Part shown: one piece after another, positions 27,140 through 39,694 of the stretch
Layout of the letters: the number at the start of each line of letters is the position of its first letter
Position numbering within the stretch: the stretch's first letter is position 1
Assembly (NCBI GenBank): GCA_964035545.1
Contig: OZ037767.1
Location: forward strand, 9,434,581 to 9,498,580
Direction: 5' to 3'
Source of the DNA: Bugula neritina
Lineage: Eukaryota > Animalia > Bryozoa
Length of the DNA stretch: 64,000 nucleotides
Notes under the pieces: model-generated
The model's input: only the letters and a program-made list of their open reading frames with translations
Told to the model about the DNA's origin: nothing
The model's database searches: none
Program-made: the position numbers and the translations under genes

Positions 27140-27515
27140 GTAGTATTACTATTTAGTATTTATGGACTTGTTATTTTGAACACCATCAATTCTGAAGGCT
27201 CAAAGCGAAAGTGCAAGCACATTTACGCTAGCGACTAGTGCGCGAAAATATTATAAATACGCTCCCGAATACAACTAGAGTCATTTGCTCCTATTTTTAA
27301 AAGTTAATGTAATTAATCCCTCTTACTTTAACGCGAACGTACTACACTAATCAGCATCATGCAGATCAACGAGATTATTTTATTCAACTTGTTCATTTGA
27401 AAATGCGCTAAGATGATGGAAAATTTGTTTTGATTTTAAAGTAACTCAAATATAAACCGAAGAAAAAACTTTTTATGATAGTCGCGTACTAACAAAACTG
27501 CCAATTTCACAAAAC
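27140..27515. promoter_or_regulatory. Probable bidirectional promoter, copy 1 (between SNAPC4 and the MRPS30 relic)
   Basis: Lies between the divergent 5' ends, locally CpG-richer (GCGCGAAAA, CGCGAACG), homologous to ~42230-42611. TSS not determinable. Confidence 0.5.
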
Positions 27516-28818
27516 ATTCGGTTCCTTGGCAAAGAGATGCAAACTTTTTTACGTCGTAGTCCATCCCTATGCCTATCTTATGCATTAGACAGAGTAAAAG
27601 CAAGCTCACGGTTTTGTTATGCTGTACGTTTTATTAGCACTAAATGTGATAGTAACTCACCACACATGAAACCTGAAAAACTCTGAACGTCAGTAAAGTA
27701 ATTTCTCAACACAATGTTGGTAGGACTAGGAATACTCACTCATACTGTAACCATTGCCATTGTCATGTGGCCGTGAATGGCATTATGCTTACGATCATTG
27801 CAGTGAGTGAGACTATGAGTATGACTATGAGTTATGGGTATCACTATCAATATGAGTATCACCACGATACTGACTATGACCATCACTATCAGTATGAGTA
27901 TGACCTGGAGTAGCCTAGGAGTATGTCAAGGCAAGGTGAAACTGAAGATGTAGTCGTAGGACTTGGAGTACTGGTACTACTATGTCTACTAGTGCTACTA
28001 GGTAGTAGTACTACTACTAGCAGAAACACTAACTAGTGCTACTTAAGTTGTGTAGTACTAATAGTTGTAGTTACACTTACAGTTGCTGTTAGTATTACTA
28101 TTAGTAATTGTAACACAAGTAGGTAGTAGTGGTAGTGGTAGTGGTAGTGGTAGTAGTAGTAGACTGTATTTTTTTTATACACACATTTGTATACATAAGC
28201 CATAACATGCGGGTCCAGCCCTTTCTCGAGACCTCTGGAATTTCTTTGAATGCAGACCTGTGTGATACAAGGGAGCATGGTTTAGCTATAGAGTTATCTC
28301 CTTTGAGAACATAACTGACAATGTTTTGATTGGATTTGTAGCAGTGTCTATGACGAATTGACGACTGTGTACCTAATCCGCATGAATATCCTGAGAAAGC
28401 TTGCTATTTTGTCATATTGTCTGTGACTGAAGTTTTATTAACATTTCAAGAAGATAGTATTGTGGTTCCAGTCGTGTCTTTTCACTTCTGTTTCATTGAT
28501 TTTTCACAAAATTCAGAAGATTTTTTATATAGGATATTTGATAAAATTATAGTTACTAAAATATAGGTACATCATACATGCAGGCAGCAGAACATTTACT
28601 GAGTTTCTTATTATTCTCTCATGAACGCATGGGTATCATAAGTTATGGTGCCAACTCTTTCACAATCTACTGCCTGAACTTCTTATTAGGACTTCACACA
28701 GTGATAGTGACTATAAAATTGCATGAGTTCTTGCAATCTAGCTGATATAAAGTATCCATGTCTGCTACTTATTAGAGATGCAGACGCTAGTAGTACTGAA
28801 GATGAGCGGAAAGACAGG
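27515..28818 (+). pseudogene. Truncated MRPS30 pseudogene (exon 1 relic and start of exon 4)
   Basis: 27515-27695 matches MRPS30 exon 1 (42612-42783) but has lost the ATG (CAATGGCTTCC to CATTCGGTTCC) and carries indels. 28735-28818 matches 45780-45864. Exons 2-3 are missing. Confidence 0.85.
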
Positions 28819-28849
28819 GATCAGTATTTATCAACAATTTAATAGCTGG

Positions 28850-30303
28850 CAGGTCTGATCATTGTCTTACAGAAGACACCTTCTTGGTATGATAATGTGT
28901 TGTTTTCTGCCAACAATCAACGCTTATGGTCAGGAAATTTTCGTATGCCCCAGCAAACAATAACAGAGTTGTGTCTGATTTCAGAAGAGGCCATGAGCCC
29001 AACGGAATGTACGGTCAGGGAGCCTATTTTATTCTTGAAGAGGTATGTCAAGCTGTTTTTTTGACTAAGTTATGATTTTCATGAAGTACTGTATTTTTTT
29101 TTCTTCAAATTTATAACCATAATAGAACCAATTTAAAATTCTACAAAAAACGTAATATTCAGTGCTTAACCTACTGGAATTTAGATTTTCAGAAGTTAGT
29201 GGACAATTGTTTTTTAAATACTTTGTTGTTTCTTATCTGATATTAAATGTTGCAGGATTTGTATTGCCATGTACAAATTGGCTAGCTGTGCAGAGTACAG
29301 AGTGGTTGCTGAGAATTTCGGAGTCAGTAAGATCACAGTGCACAGTTGTGTGTATTTATTCTGCATTGCTATAGGTGATAAGAAAAGGGAGTTTATCATT
29401 CGGTACAGTCTAGATGATTCCAAACAGCCCGCATATCAAACAGAACAAAGATATGGCTATCCACAAGCAATAGGAGCCATTGATGGCTGTCATATCCTCA
29501 TTACAGCTCCATCTCACTGAATGAGTGACTTTATTTGTAGAAAAGGCTGGCCTTCATTAGTGTTACAAGCTGTGGTGGACAGCGATAATATGTTTCAAGA
29601 TGTATATTGCAACACTCCTTAATCTGTACACGATGCAACCGTTTATTTGAGATCTCCTCTGCTTGAATTTTTATCAAGAAAGATGCCCGTGAATGACAAA
29701 CTAATTCAAGGTAGAAAAATCCCACTGCACTTGCTAGGCTATCCAGCATACCCTATACCTCCATACATTATCAAAGTGTTTGCAGGCCAGAACCTTACTA
29801 ATAAACAAGAAAACTTTACTGCATATCATAGCAGTGCCTGGATGTGTGTAGAAATAGCTTTTGGATGGCTGAAGTCAAGATGGAGGATACTCTCGAAACG
29901 TTTCGACATGCATTACACTTTTGTTCCAAAAGTTGTGAATGGTTGCTGCATTCTCAACAACATACGTGAAAGAGTGACATTGAGTTCCCCTGCCCAACTT
30001 CAGCATGATTTACTAACTTTTTCACAGCTAAATAATCCCTCAGACGACACAGTAGACAGAAGAGCTGTTGAATTTCGCCAAGCCATCGCAGAACATTTGT
30101 TCACAGATCTACATTTTAGAAAAACCATTTCACCATTAGCCTGTATTTTATGGTTAAAAATACTCTATACTAATAACAGAAATAGATACTAATTACTGTA
30201 ATAACTGTTGACATGCTATAATAAGTCTGTGTAAAGATGCAAATATAAGTATATACAACAAAAATAAATTGTGACAGTCTGATACACTTGACATATTACT
30301 GCA
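28850..30303 (+). mobile_element. PIF/Harbinger transposase pseudogene (HARBI1-like DDE), with an intron at ~29043-29256
   Basis: W..NFRM; LYKLAS-like YKLASCAEYRVVAENFGVSKITVH; GAIDGCHI; RKGWPSLVLQAVVD; SVHDA; LLGYPAYP; CVEIAFGWLKSRWRIL. In-frame stops at ~29518 and ~29620. Confidence 0.92.
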
Positions 30304-30379
30304 TTTACTTTTAAAACTTTCACCTAACACACTTATAAGAGTATTGCAAAAATACTAAACAGTAAATCAAACAGCCAAT

Positions 30380-30590
30380 GCTTTCAAAAAGTAACTTTTG
30401 CTTGTTGCTAATTCTACCATGACAAAAGTAATGGCGAACTGTTTTCTGTATTCTAAAAGTTTTCTAACCTCCAAAATTTTCCCTATCCAGTTTGGCCACA
30501 GATGCATCCACCTCTTTTACCGCTAGCCTATAACCATAGACCTCTCTCAACTTTTCATATAAGTGCTATGTGGATGGTGAAATGCCTGCA
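30380..30590 (-). pseudogene. Possible 3' remnant of the Harbinger Myb/SANT (trihelix) partner gene
   Basis: After a minus-strand CAG acceptor it reads GISPST*HLYEKLREVYGYRLAV, like the W..Y..MD.VLG.RP end of Myb/SANT-like domains. Convergent with the transposase, as in many Harbingers. Confidence 0.45.
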
Positions 30591-30673
30591 GCAAATGAGT
30601 TAGAGAAAACACAAAATTTATGCATAAACCAGCAATAACAAATATATAAATGTACATGTATTGCTGACCACAG

Positions 30674-30707
<34 letters not shown>

Positions 30708-30789
30708 CTATATATAGTTCTATGACTAAAAATTGAAAAATTTTGAAAAAGAGAGTATTTATATTTGGTATTGATACTTTTCTGGATGT

Positions 30790-31710
30790 AATAAACTTAT
30801 TTATTCATTTTATACTACAAATTCTTTCACGTATTGCAAGCTACGCCCACCAGGTCGTTGTGTATGGTTGAGTGACTTTGTTTTGAAATTTACATTGTTT
30901 ATGTATTGCTACGCTGGAATGCGTTAACTAGCGTCTGTCAAATGCGCAAGCAAAAATTTACGTCTATGTGAGCACGTGCTAGAAATCTCTTTGCGTTTGT
31001 TGAGAAAAGATAACTCTGGTTGTTTTAAAATTACATATTTCACACATTTCACACCCAAGTTCATCTGTTGGTAAAGTTTAAGTTCGATTTACAAATTTTT
31101 CAAATGGTCCAGTTTAGGTTGAATTTCGTGTTGCTTTCTGTTATATTCCAGATGTTTTTGCTGAGTTGTGTGTTGCTGGCTTTTTCTGCATGCAGGAAAG
31201 AGGGTTTATGGTTGTCGAATCTGGTTTTGAAGGTAGTTGAACAGAGCCCTATGTATGATTGGCTGTAGTTATTGTCATGTCTTGTCACATTTTCTTGGTA
31301 TATTAGGTCTTTGTATAAGCATTTACCATTTAATGGACAGTGGGAAGGTTGTTTACAGTTACATTGTGTGTCGATTAGTTTAGCAGTGGTAGTAAGGATG
31401 TGTGCAGTTTTAAGTTTGTGTTGGTTCCAGCCATCAATAATAATATTTTTCATGTTGGGCATGCATGAGTAGCTAATTGTTGTTATGGTTTTCCTATTGA
31501 AAATTTTACTTAGTTGGTTTGAGGGTGGAAAGCATTTGTCGATAATTTGAAGAAATTTTTTTCCTATTTTGGTTTTCACTGTTGAACTAAAAGGTGGGTT
31601 GTGTCACAATCTGTTTCTATTTCTATTATTTTTGTTGGATTTAGGGGTCAGGTTATATTTTAATTTATAGGCATATCCACTGTTTGAGAGGTCGTCTTGG
31701 TATGGTTGTA
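30790..31710 (-). mobile_element. Penelope-like retroelement 3' fragment (thumb/linker plus GIY-YIG endonuclease; Naiad-like)
   Basis: NPPFSSTVKTKIGKKFLQIIDKCFP...KIFNR..SYSCMPNM; CNC..CPLNGKC...LIYQ...YIGLCSTTFKTRFDNHK.SF...TQLSKNIW; LNKRKEISSTCSHRRKFLL. Contains stops and a frameshift. Confidence 0.88.
30810..30865 (-). ncRNA. Degenerate hammerhead ribozyme in the Penelope 3' pLTR
   Basis: Minus strand reads CTGGTGG-GCGTA-gcttgcaa-TACGT-GAAA, the CUGAUGA / stem II / GAAA core layout with two A>G changes. Confidence 0.55.
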
Positions 31711-31784
31711 CCACCACCAAACTCTGCACCATTTAAACCATGAACTGAGCTTCATTTCGCTGCTAAACTTTTTACTTCTATCAC

Positions 31785-32680
31785 TGCAGTAATATGTCAA
31801 GTGTAACAGACTGTCACAGTTTATTTTTGTTGTACATACTTATATTTACAATTTTACACAGACTTATTATAGTACGTTAACAGTTATTACAGTAATTAGT
31901 TTCTATTTCTGTTATTCTTATAGAGTATTTTTAACCATAAAATACAGGCTAATGATGAAATGGTTTTTTAAAATGTAGAGTTGTGACCAAATTTTCTGCT
32001 ACGGCTTGTCGAATGTCTACAGATTCCCTGTCAACTGTGTCGTCTGAGAAAATACTTGGCCGTTGAAAAGTTAGTAAATCATGCTGAAGATAGGCAGGGG
32101 ATTTAACTTTTACTATTTCAGATATTTTGCTGAAAATGCAGCAACTATTTACAACTTTTGGAAGAAAAGTGTAATGCATGTCGAAACGTTTGGAGAGTAT
32201 CCTCCATCTTGACTTCAGCCATCCAAAAGCTATTTCTACACACATCCGGGTACTGCTATGATATGTATTGAAGTTTTCTTGTTTATCAGTAAGGTTCCGA
32301 CCCACAAACCCTTTGATGATGTATGGAGATAAAGGGTACCCTGGATCACCTAGCAAGTGCAGTGGGACATCTCTACCTTGAATTAGTTGGTCATTCTGAG
32401 GCATCTTTCTTGATAAAAATTCAAGAAGAAGAGATCTCAAATAAACGGTTGCATCGTGTACAGATTAGGGAGTGTTGCAATATACATCCTGAAACATAAA
32501 ATCGGTGTCCACTACAGCTTGAAACACTAATGAAGACCAGCCTTTCCTACAAATAAAGTCACTCATTCTGTGAGATGGAGCTGTAATGAGGATATGACAG
32601 TCATCAATGGCTCCTATTGCTTGTGGATGGCCATATCTTTGTTCTGTTTGATAGGCGTGTCGTTTAGCATCATCTAGACT
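31785..32680 (-). mobile_element. Inverted second copy of the Harbinger transposase segment
   Basis: Reverse complement of 29407-30303, sharing the stop in YCNTP*SVHD. Confidence 0.92.
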
Positions 32681-35600
32681 CTGGAGTAATATTCGCTTTG
32701 CCTCCAGAATATCAAGTACAGAGTTTTTCGTTAGACTGGCATCAGGTTTGTCTAGCAACAGTCGTATGCTCTTCCTCTGCAATACAAGGCTTTATTATGT
32801 AGGTAATTATTCAACTCTAAATACTAACATGGTAGTTATACTAGATTAACACTAGAGAACTTGTGGTTAGACAGAATTCTTATTTATTCGAATGAATGGC
32901 TCTAAAGTCTAAACTAATACAAATACACAAATGACATAGCAAGTTGTCACATTATCTGCAGGGCATCAAGTGGCATTGTAAGACAATGCTGGTCCTTTTT
33001 AATCAGCTAATAAAATTTAAGTAATCAATACAAATACTAAGGTAATACTGAGCAATTGCTACTAAGACTAACAGAATCTTTTGCTATAGTTCAAATTTAA
33101 AAAATGCCGAAACAAATTTTGTTGACCAAGAATTCTTATTACTGTGAGTAATGTTACAATGTGTTACATAAGAATGTATCTGGCAACAACAAAATGGTGA
33201 ATATGATAATGTTACTAACTAGAGGATTTTCGAGATAAAACTCTTGAATTCGCCACAATTGACCCCATTCTATTCTTTCTTGCACTCTCTCTCCAAACTA
33301 TAGGCTGTGCGTATTCAAAATTATAGATTCTATTTCCTTTTTTTTCTTGCTACTCTTTTTTGTTTCAGAGTTTCTGTTCCATCTGCTGCGTATCGCTCAT
33401 TTTATGCTGACCTGTGAAAGTATAATCTACAGAACAAACTTTATAAAACATTGGTGCACCAGTACTCACTCAGATGGGTATAATTACAGAATAATTTTGG
33501 TGAAATATTATACAATCTGTCAGGCAAGAAATAACATATAACAGTAAGTGAATAAATTAGCAGTTGCAGCAATTACTAAAGTGAGCATAGCTTGCAGTTG
33601 AATCTCCATCATTTCAACCATAAACTGCCTTTCGCACTTACGAGGCGAAGCATAACTCTGCACACCTACCTTCTTTAAAATACTTGTCGGTAATAACTCC
33701 CTGGTCCTTTCTCCTCTTCAATAACTTGAGCCGCTGAGTAATACTGTTACCAAACCGTTGAAGGAAATGCTCTTCTCTTAGTTTAGAAATATCATCTAAA
33801 GATTCTGAGAAAGAGAGGACAACTAAGTTAACTGATATATGAAGTGAACGCCAGAAGCTCGATAAACAGCTTGGTGCAAACTGCATAAGAAATAATCTTA
33901 AAACGAAGTTTGAATTACATGTACAATGAAAATGAATATAAAGAAAATAGTATGGAGTAAGAAGTATTAAGAAATTAAATGCCAAATTTTCAAGGAAAAC
34001 ATCACAAAAATTGGTCAGAGGAGTGACACCCGATATTGTTTCGTCAAAAGCGAATGATATCTTTAAACAAAATCTATTGTATAGTTGAGACAAATCTGGA
34101 GTAGATATAAATCCAGCAAAAGAAAGAAAATATCATCACCGCAAAGCCGATCTGGTGTTTTGCAATGATTAAATTCAGCTCACAAGTAGCTCCATGCACA
34201 CACCACAAGAACACCCACTATGGAGTCGCATTCACAGGTAGAGAGGTATTTCATTCTAATAGCAGACAAAGATTTCACTCTATTGAGCAGTAGCAGCTGG
34301 GAGACTTACATTTCCTTTTGCAATGAACATCTGTGTTTTCAGCTGCATCATTTTCATATTCCACCAAGTAGTCATACAGTATTTTCTCTTCTTCCAACGA
34401 CCATTGTATGAACTTCTTCTCTGGGTGTAAACCTGTGTGGAAGCGGTCTCTACACGCACTGGAGTTGTGAGTCTTGACGTCAGCTGCAAACCAGTGGATT
34501 AACACATTTGCTATTCTTTATTTAGCTAATTTATTTATATTAATACTTTATTGAATGAATCAAAAGTTTAGTTGATGCAGAAGAATTTGGTTAACACATC
34601 AGCATAAAATTTTCAAGGCTTGGGTCAATGTCCAACACATTCAACCAATCTGAAAATTTTAGATATATGTATATAGACAATTGAAATCTAGCAATCTAAC
34701 GCTTCAAAAAACATTTTCAAGGCTCTGTAGAACACTTTCAAAACATAACAAAAATGTTGATTTATGTAAATAATGAGAATCTAACAAAATATTTTCAAAG
34801 CCATTGTTATTGGAATGCCATTATGATCGAAGAAGCCATTTATGCAATATTTAGCTCGTTTGCTAATTTGTTGTTCTGATATATTCTCGATTTTGCTATT
34901 GAATCTGTTTTATGCTTCACTATTTCTACAAAAACTGTTCATTGAATCATATTCGCTCACTCTCAGTTTTAGTCTAACTCTACGTGAGTGCGAGTAATTC
35001 TCATTTTCATCTTGCTTTTGGGCCTTTAAAACAGTCAAGATGAAACTTTGGTTATCAAAAGCGACAAGCTTATTCAAAAGTAAGTAAAATGTTTTTCTAA
35101 CTATATACTTTAACATTAGACTATAGCATGTAGACTGTGGCACACTGATATTGATACTCATACTGATATTAGTACTGTTACTGTTGTCATTTGATTGTAG
35201 GCTTGTCAGTTGCTGCTATTGCTGCTATTGCTAAGTGTTGCACTTGTTATTCAGATTGATTGAAACTGTTAGTTTTAAACTTGGTGATGAAATTATTATT
35301 GTCAATCACATATCACTTATTTTTATTTATATAACTCTTTAAAATCAGAACAGGTGTCAATTCCAACCACAACTTATTTTTTAACTAAAAATTATATTTT
35401 AAAATTCAAGAGTTTTATAGCGCGAGTTCTTTCTAGTGATAGCAAAGCAAACAAGGCTCTAATAGTAAACTGTTTAGTTGGTCCTATGCCCTACTATGTC
35501 ACAGAAAAAAGTTTCACTTCCTGGCAAACCGGTTTCATGCAGCACATAAAGATATGTAAAAAAGCGAAACTACACTTACAGCAAAAGATCTGTATGCACA

Positions 35601-36127
35601 GAAGTGCGCTCTTTTGAGCAAAAACGTTATTAACAAATAAGTTTAGTGGCTTGTAGCCAAGAGGAAAAAATAAAAAGATGACTAATCACGGCCAGTACTG
35701 AAACGAATTTTTAAACTCGTAGTTTATCTGAATTGCATGTTTGAATGTTTGGATTGTTTTAGAGCCATTTATACAACTTATAATTAGAAAAACATACATG
35801 ATTCTGCTCCATATCTAATATCATGTTGACCTGTTGCTACTACCTTTATATTGTTGTTGGTAGTGACCTTATTTGTATGATCTAACCTGCAGAAGTACAT
35901 TTATGCTCACTGTGATGTCAAAATAATATAAAAAATAGTGTATATCAAGTTTAGTTTTCGTTCAGCTTATGTAAAACAGCATTGAGGTTGATGCTGACTG
36001 ATCTTTACATATGTTTATCAAGTGACTGAGGAAATAAAAATTACATGGAGCGAACAATGAGTGAATTAAAAAATTGAGTGCTGCTATTGTAGTAGCTAAC
36101 GAAGATGGCTCAAGAAACGTTACCAAG

Positions 36128-39100
36128 ATGGCCATATTTGGCATGACTGGTTTAGCGTGTGCATCACTCGCTTCTTACAAGCTCTACAAGTGGCTGGGGA
36201 GAACAAGCATTCCCGTCTCAGATAAGGTTGGAGACAATGACAATGCTCAAAGCAGCAGCGATGAAGCTCCTAAGTCGAATGGTTCGACAACTCAGGCTAA
36301 TGAAGAAAGTACTCCGGTAAGTAGAAAGTTCAGTAGATATCGTCTAAAATCACTATTTTTACCTGTGCCGATTTCACTTGTGCCATATTTAATGGACACT
36401 GTTTCAAGCGTGCAGCAGAAACTCTTGAAAATGTATATAAATAACAGCAACTCTTGCAAAACGACTGCCAAATAATACAACAAATTACAAAAATGTTTTA
36501 CAAGTATAGTGATCTTTGATGTACACAATCATGAGCATGTGATATGATAAGTAAATTCTGAGCATTATAGATATATAGGCTCAACTAAGTTCTAGAATAA
36601 GACTGAAAATCATACCATAACTCAAAATCTAAATGCTTAGTGAAGAAACTATAGCAAAAAAGTTATAGCTTAAGGCTCAGCAATGTCGTAGAAGGTTACT
36701 CCATGCATTGTTAGTCTGGATTACAATGAAAGCTCAATCTATTTTGTAGACATCCAACGCAACCTCTCAGGCTATCAAAGAAAAAGAACATGGCAACGGG
36801 CTTTTTAAGAAAAAACTATACACTCAGGCTCTCAACTCATACCAAAAAGCTTTGGAGCTCTGTCCCAAAGAGGACGTTAAACTGTTAGCCGTTCTACACC
36901 AGAATAGAGCAGCTGTTCACGAGTGCAAGGTAAATCTGTTGTCTCATATTTTGATTATGCCACAAACACTATGCTAGGGTCACTATGTCTGCATTCTATC
37001 TGAATTGAACGCAGAGTAAACTGTCTTGCTTTATATCTTTCATCTATACAAGACAATAGTTACGATTTGCATTTCCGACAGAAAAATTGGAAAACTGCGG
37101 TCGCAGAGTGTACAGAAGCCATAAGGTACGACTCAGCCTACCAAAAAGCATATTCACGAAGAGGAAGAGCCAATTCAGAAATCAGAAAATACAAAGAAGC
37201 GAAGAAAGGTGATAATCAGATGTTTTTTAATAAAGCTATAATCTAGGATAAGAAAAGAGCCACTTTGCCTCGGCGCAGTATTTCACTCTGTAATCTTTAT
37301 GATGTGTCCATGGTGATGTTAAATGTGTCCTAAAAAGATTTAGCAAACCCAGCTATTTCTCAATCCTGGCTGCAATGCATGTATTTTATGTGCTTCTAAA
37401 ATTTATATACTAACCGACTATTGCAGATCTGGCTGTTGGTTATTACCTGCAGAATTCCCCCAGCGAGGCGGCAAAGCAATCTTTAATCCTGGCCGTAGAG
37501 AAAGATGCGGAAACTGCAGTTGTCACCTACATGAAGGTGTGCTTGCAGCAAAATTATTAAAACCTTTTAAACACTTATTATTTCGCACCATGTTTTCTTG
37601 GTTACGTTCTGTTACCAGAGGTGATGAAAATTACCTTCTGTTTAAAATAGGTTTCTATTTTATAGAATCGGCAGCCCGTGCCCATTAGTGCTGAGAACGT
37701 GAGATCATATATGGCCAGCTTTCGGTTCGATCCAGTGAGCACTATCCTCGCAAAATTTTCTGCACCAGTTGAGGGGAACAGGTTAGAGTGACATTTGCTA
37801 ACAAAAACTAAAATATGTCATTTCTTAAGAAAATTCAAAAGCATGTTTTTCAATCACAACGAAAATTGCAAATTTGATAAGCTTCTTTTATTCTATTCAT
37901 GTGTACTCAACACCTATTTAATGCTTTGTAAAAATGTATTGCAAGTTTGTAAACTTTAATAAGGTTATATAACATGCCCTATACATATTTTTGCAAACGC
38001 TTTGTTAGGGTCCCTTTCCAAGTTGCATGTCACCAGTTTGAGGTGAAAGAATACGACGCAGTGCTTCCACATTTAGACCAACAAATGGCACTAGGAGGCA
38101 ACAATGGGTACCTAAAAGAAACGTTGTTACTCAGGGCGACATTCAGGGTCTTAGCTGGCTTGCCCGAAAAAGCCGAATCAGACATCGCCAAGCTCATGAG
38201 CATTAATGGCCTACCACCTAGGGTAGGTGTAACAAGCAGTGTTTGTAGCTCATCAAGAAAATCTTTTGAAATCATTCTTTCCTTTTGAGTTAGTTTATAT
38301 TGTGTTTTTTTTTTTGTTTTTAGTACATGTCTGCCGCACTTTTGCGGAAAGCTCTCTTGGCAATGGCCAAGATTAACACGTATGATGCCTTCCTGATGAT
38401 GGCTGATGCCATCGCGTGTGATCCTAAGAATGGTGATATATATCATCATCGAGGCCAGGTAATGTAAGACCAGGTTTATTGTGGTCGTCTTGCCTTTGCG
38501 CAGTATTTCACACTGTGTCAATTGTGATCTTTGCATGTATATCATACACTTGTCTTAGTAAGCATTGATTAATTTAGCTGATTTTTAATTCCGCCTGCAA
38601 TCATATATAATAGATAAAGTGAGAGTGCATGGTGGAATAGATGATTGAGATGCAGAGCCCAAATGTATTTGTATGTGTGTGCAGGACCAGTATGTCTGGA
38701 CATGCTTTACAGCAGTTAACATTATCTAGAGTTAGAATCCTCTGAAAAATGAAGCTTGAAAACTGTCTTTGCAGTGAGGAAACCCTAGTTACTTTTTACA
38801 GAATCATCTCCTTTGAACTGAAAAATATGAAAACATCCCACGCACATAGTGCAAGTGCAACATATAATTTGCATTAAACATTACCAAATCTAGTTTAATT
38901 AGCCAATTTTCTTCCTTTTCTGACTATAGTCAGTCCTAATTGCTATCTTTGCAGATTAACCTGCTGATGGGAGACATGATAAGCTGCATGGACAATACTG
39001 AAAAAGCCATCCAGTACAACAAGACGGAGGTGCCAGCTCTTGTCTTTCAGCAGAAAATGTGTGGTAAGTCATATTAATCAGTCATGTTTTACTACATCAT

Positions 39101-39627
39101 CCCCTGCCTGAAGTCTACCTCACACTGATAAAATAGGATCTTTCTAAACCCATATAGCACTACAGTCTCCTGTTCTTGCATATACTGATTGTGAATTGGT
39201 GCATTCATGAAACTAGTTAACCGTATTTAGCATTCTCAGGTAAGCTAATGCCAGTAAATTCATGTTGATTATCATAGAGTTGCAAATGGCAATACATGCA
39301 AAGAGAGAGGAGGATCTCAATGATCTTTTGTCGGAGATGAAAAATATGCTGGAAAAACACTTCACTGAGCCCAAAATCTGGGGCCTCTATGCTCAAACGC
39401 TCAGCTCATTAGGCAATGGTGAGAAAGCTCAAGAAGTTTATGACCAGGCTATCGCTTGCTGCCCCAGCCGCCCGACTCTCTACATTCAGGCAGCGTAAGC
39501 ACTATTTATAACCCACGTGGATGAAATTGCCTTTTCAAGTGTTTACTTAAGTGGCACACACTTTTGATGTATATGGATATATATATCTATATATATATCT
39601 ATATATATATATATCTATATATATATA

Positions 39628-39694
<67 letters not shown>

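Larger units (their letters stand above)
7248..28818. repeat. Tandem segmental duplication, copy 1 (pairs with 32683-45864)
   Basis: Colinear matches: 7248-7760~32683-33145, 8400-9390~33160-34490, 17075-24087~34505-41270, 25307-25389~41601-41683, 26880-28000~41930-43230, 28575-28818~45445-45864. Confidence 0.92.

Noticed and set aside
29269-30192. Domesticated HARBI1 host gene
   Set aside because: In-frame stops, a mutated GD motif (GYPAY), and a second decayed copy nearby.
31040-31105. Selenocysteine-coding UGA in the Naiad-like element (AGA TGA at an RC position)
   Set aside because: It coincides with a frameshift in a decayed copy, the other conserved positions are ordinary Cys codons, and I could not see a SECIS. 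A family consensus would be needed.
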